A stretch of 64,000 bases of DNA from Candidatus Daviesbacteria bacterium RIFCSPHIGHO2_02_FULL_36_13 (lineage in GTDB: Bacteria; Patescibacteriota; Microgenomatia; Daviesbacterales; UBA10151), in assembly GCA_001777015.1 (NCBI GenBank), contig MFCV01000044.1, forward strand, positions 16,786-80,785. Reading direction: 5' to 3'. A model generated the notes under the pieces. It saw only the letters and a list, made by a program, of their open reading frames with translations, made no database searches and had not been told where the DNA came from. Position 1 is the stretch's first letter. The number at the start of each line of letters is the position of its first letter. The position numbers were made by a program, and so were the translations under genes. Below are positions 41,205 through 48,431 of this stretch, in pieces.

Positions 41205-42350
41205 CTATAGTTTTAGGTTAGGAAGGTTATTAGAAATAATAGCCTTCCTGATTTTTTTGACTAAATTGGTTACAAAATAAATGTTGTGATAAGTGGCAAG
41301 TTCGTGGTATAAAATCTCCCCTGATAAATATAAATGTCTAAGATAGGCTCTGGAAAAGTTTTGACAAGTGTAACAGCTACATTGAGGATCAATTGGTTTC
41401 TTATCTGCCTTATATTTAGATTGTCCAATGCTGAGTGTTTGGTTATTAGAAACATACAATGATCCAAATCTAGCTCTTCTGGTAGGAGCCACACAATCAA
41501 ACATATCAACTCCCCTTTTTATGCCTTCTATTAAATCTTCTATCTCCCCTATCCCCAAAAGATGCCTTATTTTATTCTCACTAACCTGCGGCAAAGTATA
41601 ATCAATCATCTGGTACATTTGTTTTTTAGTTCCATAAATTCCCCCCAAAGCAATGGCTTCAAAATTTTGATCTGTAAACTTGGCAGATCTAATCCTAAGT
41701 TTCTTATTAGTACCACCATGGACAACCCCATACATTAATTGTTTGGAATCCAATTTTTTAAAAGCAGCTAAAGACCTTTTAGCCCATCCTTCTGTCCTTT
41801 CAATAGATTCCAAAAGATGTTTTGCGTCATCTCTATATTCATGGTCATCAAAAGCCACTGTTAAATCTGCACCCAAATGCAATTGTAACTCCATAGATTT
41901 TTCTGGAGTTAAGATATGAGTTGATCCATCTAAGTGGGATTGAAAAGTGACTCCCTCCTCAGTAATTTTGTTTAACTTAGGTCTTGGTGATTCTTTAACT
42001 TTTCCATTTTTTGAGCTCACAACTTTACTGGATCCTTCTTCCATCCCCCCACCTAATGAGAATACCTGGAAGCCCCCTGAATCAGTCATAATCGGCCTGT
42101 CCCACCCCATAAACTTATGTAGGCCACCAAAGCTCTTTATCACCTTAACCCCTGGTCTGAGCATTAGATGATAAGTATTAGCCAAAACCATCTGAACACC
42201 TATTTCGTTCAAGTCTTTTGGAGACATAGCTTTAACTGTAGCTTGAGTACCAACTGGGTTAAAATTAGGAGTCTCAATAACTCCATGAGGAGTTTCCAAA
42301 AGCCCTACCCTTGCTTTCCCATCTTTATGTAAAATTTTGAAATTACTCAT
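41205..42350 (-). CDS. tgt: Queuine tRNA-ribosyltransferase
   Basis: N-terminal HKDGKARVGLLETPHGVIETPNFNPVGTQATVKAM (Tgt signature) and a C-terminal Zn site CxCxxC...H (CSCYTCQNFSRAYLRH). Confidence 0.85.
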   Translation of the reverse strand: MSNFKILHKDGKARVGLLETPHGVIETPNFNPVGTQATVKAMSPKDLNEIGVQMVLANTYHLMLRPGVKVIKSFGGLHKFMGWDRPIMTDSGGFQVFSLGGGMEEGSSKVVSSKNGKVKESPRPKLNKITEEGVTFQSHLDGSTHILTPEKSMELQLHLGADLTVAFDDHEYRDDAKHLLESIERTEGWAKRSLAAFKKLDSKQLMYGVVHGGTNKKLRIRSAKFTDQNFEAIALGGIYGTKKQMYQMIDYTLPQVSENKIRHLLGIGEIEDLIEGIKRGVDMFDCVAPTRRARFGSLYVSNNQTLSIGQSKYKADKKPIDPQCSCYTCQNFSRAYLRHLYLSGEILYHELATYHNIYFVTNLVKKIRKAIISNNLPNLKL

Positions 42351-42368
42351 CTTGTTAATTATAGATAT

Positions 42369-43424
42369 CTAGCTTCCGTCCTTCCACAACCAAACTTGAT
42401 TTTTAAGTTGTTGAGTTAATTTAAAGCTATTAGCATGACCTAAAAAGCCTAAGTATGACTGTAGAGATTGATTAAAAGTATCTGAGTTTATTTTTGTTTG
42501 TAGTTTCTTAAACATTCTCTTTCTTGTCCTGGTTCTGGGTAAAATATAATGAGGCAATATGACATACCCTAAAAAATCAATTCCTTGAGTATATTTTCTT
42601 ATCTTAATTTTGTTAGGATGCAAGGATAGTTCAAGACCATTTTTTAGAAATTCTTCTATCCTAGGTATTAAGTTCTCCAAATAATCCTTATCCCTTGATA
42701 AAACTACAAAATCATCTGCATAACGCACGTAGTATTTAACCCTTAACTTATGCTTCATAAACTGGTCAAGTTCATTCATGTAAATATTGGCAAAAATTTG
42801 GCTAGTCAGATTGCCAATTGGGATACTTTTTTCTTCAGAAAAGCTTTTTAGAATATTTTCTAAAAGCCAAATTAAGTCCTTATCGTATATCTTTTTTCTA
42901 ATAAGACTTAACAAAATATTGTGGTCAACACTTGCAAAAAACTTCCTTATATCAAGCTTTAAACAATAACATTCCCCCTTATAATTGTTACTAACTTTTC
43001 TAATAAAAACGTTTAATCTTTTAACTGCTCTATGAGTTCCTTTATTTACCCTACAGGAATATGAATCATAAATAAAACTTTTATCAAAAAGCGGTTCAAT
43101 TGCAGACACTATGGCGTGATGAACTATCCTATCTTCAACTGTAGCCTTATGAATATTGCGGAATTTAGGATCATAAATGTTAAATGCCATATAATAAGCA
43201 TGCATATAAGTTTTTGTTTTTAAGTTCTCAAATAAATTAAAAAGATTATCTTCTAAGTTCTTTTCGAAAATTTGTACATCTTTCCTTCGCCTCTTACCCA
43301 CTTTAAATCCATTCCAGGCTTGAAATAGGCTCTCAATTGATATAAGATTCGAATAATCGAATCTTGCGACTTTGTCTAAAGATCCCATTTCCTCTGCCTT
43401 TTCAAATATTTTAGAATTTTCCAT
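42369..43424 (-). CDS. Diversity-generating retroelement (DGR) reverse transcriptase
   Basis: RT motifs 1-7 including YVRYADDFVV and the DGR-specific motif-4 signature IGNLTSQ (PIGNLTSQIFANIYMNELD). About 350 aa with no maturase/endonuclease domain. Lies next to a TR/VR pair. The longer ORF start (MGISKLYAVCVCVCV) is an artefact of the (CA)11 repeat; the real start is taken as MENSKIF. Confidence 0.8.
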   Translation of the reverse strand: MENSKIFEKAEEMGSLDKVARFDYSNLISIESLFQAWNGFKVGKRRRKDVQIFEKNLEDNLFNLFENLKTKTYMHAYYMAFNIYDPKFRNIHKATVEDRIVHHAIVSAIEPLFDKSFIYDSYSCRVNKGTHRAVKRLNVFIRKVSNNYKGECYCLKLDIRKFFASVDHNILLSLIRKKIYDKDLIWLLENILKSFSEEKSIPIGNLTSQIFANIYMNELDQFMKHKLRVKYYVRYADDFVVLSRDKDYLENLIPRIEEFLKNGLELSLHPNKIKIRKYTQGIDFLGYVILPHYILPRTRTRKRMFKKLQTKINSDTFNQSLQSYLGFLGHANSFKLTQQLKNQVWLWKDGS

Positions 43425-43472
43425 ATGGATACAAATAAACAAAGTTTGCCAGATAAATCTAGTAAAGATATT

Positions 43473-43494
43473 CACACACACACACACACACACA
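43473..43494. repeat. (CA)11 dinucleotide microsatellite in the divergent region between the DGR RT and avd
   Basis: cacacacacacacacacacaca read directly from the sequence. Confidence 0.9.
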
Positions 43495-43500
43495 GCATAT

Positions 43501-43839
43501 AGTTTTGATATTCCCATTTTTCAAAAACTATATGATTTCTATTTGCTCTTATACCAAAGCTTAAAACTTTTTCCCAAAAAGGATCGTTTTACTCTTGGAC
43601 AGAAGATAGACAATCTTGCTTTAATAATTTTTGAGCAGGTTTTTGCAGCAGGAACAACTACACCAGATAGGAAATTACCTATACTAGAAAAATCTATTGC
43701 CTCTTTAGATCTTCTTAAGATACTAGTAAGGCTAGCCAAAGATATACAAGCTCTAGATAATAAAAAATATCTCCAGCTAGAGCAAGCCCTGCAAGAAATA
43801 GGCAGAATGCTTGGTGGCTGGAGAAAATCTTTAAAATGA
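43501..43839 (+). CDS. avd: DGR accessory variability determinant (Avd)-like four-helix-bundle protein; start codon unresolved
   Basis: LYDFYLLLYQSLKLFPKKDRFTLGQKIDNLALIIFEQV and the following helices match the Avd/23S-IVS four-helix-bundle pattern (FPKxERFxLxxQ). There is no in-frame ATG: candidates are ATT 43510, TTG 43543, or the long TTG ORF from 43372. It is on the strand opposite the RT and target. Confidence 0.5.
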   Translation, partial: SFDIPIFQKLYDFYLLLYQSLKLFPKKDRFTLGQKIDNLALIIFEQVFAAGTTTPDRKLPILEKSIASLDLLKILVRLAKDIQALDNKKYLQLEQALQEIGRMLGGWRKSLK

Positions 43840-43870
43840 GCAAGCTCTCTTTCAGATAACAAGACCCTAC

Positions 43871-43995
43871 CACGGAAGAACGCCCACCCAAGTTCGGATT
43901 GTGATTGTCAGACTTCAGATTCCAATTGACGTTCAAGTTGCCATTCGAATTGAAGTTCGCATTAACGACCTTACCATCGTTCCGAGACTCAAGCA
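43871..43995 (-). repeat. DGR template repeat (TR), 125 bp, adenine-rich on the minus strand (Asn AAC codons)
   Basis: 125-bp near-copy of 44388-44512. All 16 differences are at TR positions that are A on the minus strand (T on the plus strand). In the target frame the TR encodes NANFNSNGNLNVNWN. Confidence 0.8.
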
Positions 43996-44296
43996 TTATG
44001 TTGCTTTATGCCATCTTTCATCACTGTAGCTAGAACTATTTCTTACTACTGTATTTCATTTGGGAGTACCTGCAAAACAGGATCTCCGCCAGCATAAAAC
44101 AAGGAGTGTCTTGTTTTTCTTATTGTACGCTTCCAAAATCCTTAGATTTTAGAATTCTGACAAGTTGTTTGAAAAACAACAATTTCAGTATCCTGACAAC
44201 AATATTGTTAGGAGTATTAACCTACTTTCAAAGTAAATATAAGCATCTGCTTCGCATTTCGCAAGAGGGTATTTTAGCTCGTACTAGCAGAGCTTG

Positions 44297-44318
44297 CCTT
44301 TTTCCTTCGGAAAAACGT
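44297..44318 (-). promoter_or_regulatory. Hairpin CCTTTTTCCTTCGGAAAAACG (7-bp stem, 4-nt loop) about 50 nt downstream of the target stop; DGR-associated hairpin or terminator candidate
   Basis: Inverted repeat read from the sequence. A second perfect palindrome AAAAGCTTAAGCTTTT at 44364-44379 lies 9 nt beyond the VR end. Confidence 0.3.
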
Positions 44319-44369
44319 AAAAAAATTCGGAAAGTTCAAAGGGGCAAAAAAGAACAAAGAATCAAAAGC

Positions 44370-45170
44370 TTAAGCTTTTTTCACTCCCACGGAAGAACGC
44401 CCACCCAAGCTCGGATGGTGATCGTCAGACTTCAGATACCAATGGACGCCCAAGTAGCCATCCGAATAGAAGTCCGCATCAACGACCTCACCACCGAGCC
44501 GAGACTCAAGCAAACGAGACCAAGTAGAACCTTGATCAAAGTATTCACCTGTTAAAAGTTTGTGATCCTGTGAAGCAATAATATATTCTGTAGCTGTTAA
44601 ACCTTCTCTATTCGCTTTTTTAAGTTGATCCTTTAGTTGCTTCTCAGTCGTATCAAGATATGGGGCATTAGTAGTGGCTTCTGTGTATCTCCAACCAGAA
44701 TGATCTACTTCATTAGTTACGCTAGTATTTTCTGCAACAGAATGGCTTTGCATAGCAGGCCATATTTTACCTAAAAGATGTCTTGTAGCTTGTGTGGATA
44801 ATTCAGTAGGAACAAATATAGGTCTGTCTCCTCTTAAGATGTGTTCATTTAAATCTGCTTGGCTACCTTCAAAAGCAGGAACTGCGATATTAAGACCAAC
44901 TTGCTCTCCCCGAACTCTCCATTCTAACTGCCAACTTGAAGTTACAGCCTCAGGAGTATTTAATCTTCCAGCTCTAAATTCAGCCACAACTGAAGCCAAA
45001 GGATCTTGTTCAACCAATATTTGACCATTTTCAGTAAACCAACCTCTTGCATTACCTCTACCAGCTCGTTTCATCAGGTCTTTTAAACCCTCTGCTCTTT
45101 TAACATCACCAGCATTAACTGCTGCTCGTCTTTCTGCACCAAGAGCGTTTTGAATCACTTCGTGTGTCAT
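44370..45170 (-). CDS. DGR target (variable) protein; the C-terminal VR-encoded region is presumably a ligand-binding C-type-lectin/FGE-like fold
   Basis: The VR occupies codons about 219-260 with a short invariant tail GVKKA after it. No obvious signal peptide. The fold is inferred from the DGR paradigm and not seen directly. Confidence 0.7.
   Translation of the reverse strand: MTHEVIQNALGAERRAAVNAGDVKRAEGLKDLMKRAGRGNARGWFTENGQILVEQDPLASVVAEFRAGRLNTPEAVTSSWQLEWRVRGEQVGLNIAVPAFEGSQADLNEHILRGDRPIFVPTELSTQATRHLLGKIWPAMQSHSVAENTSVTNEVDHSGWRYTEATTNAPYLDTTEKQLKDQLKKANREGLTATEYIIASQDHKLLTGEYFDQGSTWSRLLESRLGGEVVDADFYSDGYLGVHWYLKSDDHHPSLGGRSSVGVKKA
44388..44512 (-). repeat. DGR variable repeat (VR) at the 3' end of the target gene
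   Basis: Encodes the C-terminal ~40 aa of the 266-aa target (SRLLESRLGGEVVDADFYSDGYLGVHWYLKSDDHHPSLGGRSSV). The 3' 22 nt, CTTGGGTGGGCGTTCTTCCGTG on the minus strand, are identical to the TR and GC-rich (IMH-like). Confidence 0.8.
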
Positions 45171-45213
45171 ATAGTTTGATATATTACTATTCTATAGGGT
45201 GTTTGTCAAATAT

Positions 45214-45510
45214 CTAGGCAGCTTCAGTCAGTGGTTCAAGTCTAAGCTCAGGTGGAACATTTACACCGCTATCTTCTTCCAAAGTCTCTACTCTTTCTTC
45301 CACTTTACGAATATTTGAATCATTTATCTTGTACATATCTCCATAGGCATTAATCTTTTGTTCAATTGTTGCTACTCCTGCAGAAGCAGCATCAAGCTGG
45401 CTTTTAATCGCAGCCAAACCGTTATCAGGATCATCAAGTCTCTGATTTATTGGCTCTATAGCTTTATTAACCACTTCTTCAACTATTGCTTTTAATCTAT
45501 TTTCATCCAT
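45214..45510 (-). CDS. Hypothetical coiled-coil protein immediately upstream of the DGR target
   Basis: 98 aa, helical heptad-like composition. Confidence 0.4.
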   Translation of the reverse strand: MDENRLKAIVEEVVNKAIEPINQRLDDPDNGLAAIKSQLDAASAGVATIEQKINAYGDMYKINDSNIRKVEERVETLEEDSGVNVPPELRLEPLTEAA

Positions 45511-45560
45511 GTTTTTATCCTAAGTTAACTCCCTATAAAAATCAAGGCAGATTATCTATA

Positions 45561-47270
45561 TCATTCCCAGGCAAGGGTCTTTTTGGATAATCTTTCCAGT
45601 TCTATTCTTGGCCTATCTTTAAAGAAATTTCCCCCAGCAATTTGATCTTTTAGCTTTTCTACCAAAAAGTCCCCTGCTAAAATTTCTGGGATGATAACAA
45701 AGTCTGCTCCAGCTTTATAGAAATCTTTAGCATCATCTGCAGATTCTGCTCTAACAATTACAGGAATATCAATTTTTCTTGTTTTTAGTTCCTCCAAAAG
45801 CAGCATATTATCCTCCAGGCTTGAGGAAGTTGAAATAATCATCCTGGCATTTTGTAAGTTTAATCCATCCAAAACCTCAGGATCTCCCATATCCCCATAC
45901 AAAACCGGTATTTTTTCCTTTAACAAAGCCTCTACCTGAGAAGGGTTAAAATCTAAAACAATTTGTGGAATATTTTCCCTTTTAAGTAATTTAACTAACT
46001 CCCCTCCAATTTTTCTTCCTCCAATTAAAACCACATGCCCTCTCAAATTATTATCAGAACTCCCCTCTTCTAAAAAGTGTTTAAAGTTTTTCCTTTCAAA
46101 AAAACCCAAAATCCTGCTTAATTTTTTATAAAGCTTATTGGAGTGAGTAATCATAATGGAGGCAATAATCATAGACAGTACTGCTGATAAAGCAATGGTA
46201 GTTAAAGCAGATTGGGATACAACTTTAAGCTGAAATCCCACCAGCAGTAAAATCAAAGAAAACTCACTGATGTGAGTTAAATTTAAAGATGTTTGAAAAA
46301 TAGTGTGTTTCCTGAATCCAAAAATTCCTAAAATCAGAAGAAATATAATGGGTTTAAAAAGTAAGGTATAGCCAGTAAAAAGAAGAGTCAAGGGATAGAT
46401 TTTGGAAAAATCTAGAAATTGAACCTGCGTTCCTAAATATACAAAAAATAAAGTAACAAAAAATTCTCTTAAAGGCTTTACTTTTCCCTGAATCTGATAA
46501 TGCAAAGGAGAATTGGCAAGGGCAATGCCTGCCAAAAATGCTCCTATAACAACGGAAAATCCGAGGAATATAGACAAAGATATATAGATAAAACACCAAG
46601 CCAAAGCTGTTATAAACAACAGCTCGCTTTGCCTGGATACAGCCCTAAAAATGGTAGGCAAGATGAACTTACTTAAACTTATGGCCAGTCCAAAAAGCAG
46701 TAAAGCTTTTAAAATCAAAGCTACTATTGGAAAAGCCTGTTGTAAACCCAATCCAAAAATAGAAGTAGAAGCTGTCAGGAAAACCAGCAGTAAAACTGCC
46801 AGCAAATCTTCTAATAACAAAATGCCCACAGCTAACTTGCCATAAAGGGCTCCTATATCTCTTTTATCTATAAGCAGCTTTATAACCAAAATTGTTGAGG
46901 AAAAAGATAAACCAACCCCTAAATACCAGGACTCCATTATCCCAAATCCTAAAACCCTGGCCAGAGAGGAACCTGCAATTGTAGTAATAATAATCTGCAA
47001 AGTCCCTGCCAGTATTATTGGCCTGCCTAAATTCCTGATTTCTCTTAAATCAAGCTCCATTCCCACTAAAAATAAAACAAAAGCAATTCCAATTTCAGGC
47101 AAAAAATGTAAAACCTCAGAGGCTCTTGGGTCAAAAATAGCAGTAGTGGCAATAAGCAACCCTCCAACTAAATAGGCAATCAAAAGAGGCAGTTTAAATT
47201 TCACCACTATATAGCCTAAAGTTGAAGCCAATCCTAATATTATTGCTAACTGAATAAAGATATTGTCCAT
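45561..47270 (-). CDS. Monovalent cation:proton antiporter (CPA2/Kef-type) with a C-terminal RCK/TrkA-N domain
   Basis: About 12 TM helices, then Rossmann GHVVLIGGRKIGGELVKLLK (TrkA-N). Confidence 0.8.
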   Translation of the reverse strand: MDNIFIQLAIILGLASTLGYIVVKFKLPLLIAYLVGGLLIATTAIFDPRASEVLHFLPEIGIAFVLFLVGMELDLREIRNLGRPIILAGTLQIIITTIAGSSLARVLGFGIMESWYLGVGLSFSSTILVIKLLIDKRDIGALYGKLAVGILLLEDLLAVLLLVFLTASTSIFGLGLQQAFPIVALILKALLLFGLAISLSKFILPTIFRAVSRQSELLFITALAWCFIYISLSIFLGFSVVIGAFLAGIALANSPLHYQIQGKVKPLREFFVTLFFVYLGTQVQFLDFSKIYPLTLLFTGYTLLFKPIIFLLILGIFGFRKHTIFQTSLNLTHISEFSLILLLVGFQLKVVSQSALTTIALSAVLSMIIASIMITHSNKLYKKLSRILGFFERKNFKHFLEEGSSDNNLRGHVVLIGGRKIGGELVKLLKRENIPQIVLDFNPSQVEALLKEKIPVLYGDMGDPEVLDGLNLQNARMIISTSSSLEDNMLLLEELKTRKIDIPVIVRAESADDAKDFYKAGADFVIIPEILAGDFLVEKLKDQIAGGNFFKDRPRIELERLSKKTLAWE

Positions 47271-48028
47271 TTAAGATCCTCCGGCAGCTCACTTTCTACT
47301 TCCATCCAGCCATCCTTCGGATGGTAAAACCCAAGTTTTCTGGCATGCAGGAAAAGTCTTGGACAAAACCTTTTGTCCAACCTATACATCTTCCGCCCCA
47401 CATACTTTTCATCAGACACTATTGGTTTTTGGATGTGTTTTAAATGTACCCTAATTTGGTGAGTCCGTCCAGTTTTTGGAAAACATCTGAGGAGTGTGAA
47501 TTGACCATACCCCATGTTTTGAAGCTTTCGCATTTGAATTTTGTTGTAGTCAGAAAAAATTTCTTTTAATTTATCTTCTGTAAATTTATAACTTTGAATG
47601 GGTTCATACTCCGTACTGGCTTCTTTGCCACCCTCATCCAAAACTATAAATTTTTCTCTATTACCAGGATTGCGTCCTATATCCCCTTCCACAACTCCAG
47701 GAGCCTCCACCAACCCGTGAACCAATGCCAAATATTCTTTTTTGGTTTTCCTATCTTTGAATTGGGCTTGTAAATTCTCTAGAACCTCATCTGTTTTAGC
47801 CACCAATAATACTCCTGAAGTTTCCTTATCTAACCTGTGAACTATTCCTCCGCGTTTTACTTTGTTTCCACGAGCAATCAACCAATCTTCAAGAGTCTCA
47901 GATTTATTATCGCTTGCGATATCAAGGAGTCGACTTTCATTAGTCGACGAGTTATCCACCACCATCCCAGAGGGTTTATCAATCACCATTAGATAATCAT
48001 CTTCAAAGAGGATATTAACTTTTGGCAT
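47246..48028 (-). CDS. RluA-family pseudouridine synthase
   Basis: Catalytic Asp motif HRLDKETSGVLLVAKT; 260 aa. Confidence 0.85.
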   Translation of the reverse strand: MPKVNILFEDDYLMVIDKPSGMVVDNSSTNESRLLDIASDNKSETLEDWLIARGNKVKRGGIVHRLDKETSGVLLVAKTDEVLENLQAQFKDRKTKKEYLALVHGLVEAPGVVEGDIGRNPGNREKFIVLDEGGKEASTEYEPIQSYKFTEDKLKEIFSDYNKIQMRKLQNMGYGQFTLLRCFPKTGRTHQIRVHLKHIQKPIVSDEKYVGRKMYRLDKRFCPRLFLHARKLGFYHPKDGWMEVESELPEDLKWTISLFS

Positions 48029-48419
48029 TAGGAGAAGACTTCTGCAGGTAGGATTTTATCTCTACTAATACTTCGTCAGGATTTAGGGCTGATTTTATTA
48101 AATATCCTTCCGCTCCAAGCTCAAAACATTGTTTTATAACAGTATCCTGACCTAAATTTGTTAAACAAACAACAGGACCATTTGGAGTTTTGGCAGGAGA
48201 TGTTTTTAAAGTTTTTAAAATATTAATTCCATCCATTTTAGGAAGCATAATATCTAAAAGTACCAAGGAAAACCCACCCTCAGTAATTTTTTTAAGTGCT
48301 ATTTCCCCATCAGCAGCCACATCCACTATATAGCCTTCTTCCTGCAGGAGTTCCTGATAAAACTCCCTTAAAAACTGATCATCCTCAACAATTAAAATTT
48401 TCTTTCCTGCATTATCCAT
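48015..48419 (-). CDS. Single-domain response regulator (CheY-like receiver)
   Basis: KILIVEDDQFLREF, the phospho-Asp region LVLLDIMLPKMDG, and a conserved Lys near the C-terminus. Confidence 0.8.
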   Translation of the reverse strand: MDNAGKKILIVEDDQFLREFYQELLQEEGYIVDVAADGEIALKKITEGGFSLVLLDIMLPKMDGINILKTLKTSPAKTPNGPVVCLTNLGQDTVIKQCFELGAEGYLIKSALNPDEVLVEIKSYLQKSSPNAKS

Positions 48420-48431
48420 ACTTAAATCATA

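Noticed and set aside
43425-43517. N-terminal extension of the RT ORF (MGISKLYAVCVCVCV...)
   Set aside because: The CVCVCV run is just the (CA)11 microsatellite translated. The real start was taken at MENSKIF (43424).
43539-43862. 107-aa minus-strand ORF antisense to the Avd-like gene
   Set aside because: The plus-strand frame gives a convincing Avd four-helix-bundle pattern. The antisense translation is low-complexity with no motif.
43715-43996. 93-aa minus-strand ORF (MLESRNDGKVVNANFNSNGN...)
   Set aside because: It is the DGR template repeat read in the target frame: Asn-codon-rich, with no independent gene features. Annotated as the TR repeat, not a CDS.
44106-44555. 149-aa plus-strand ORF overlapping the VR and the 3' end of the DGR target
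   Set aside because: It is antisense to a well-supported gene and VR, and has arbitrary composition.
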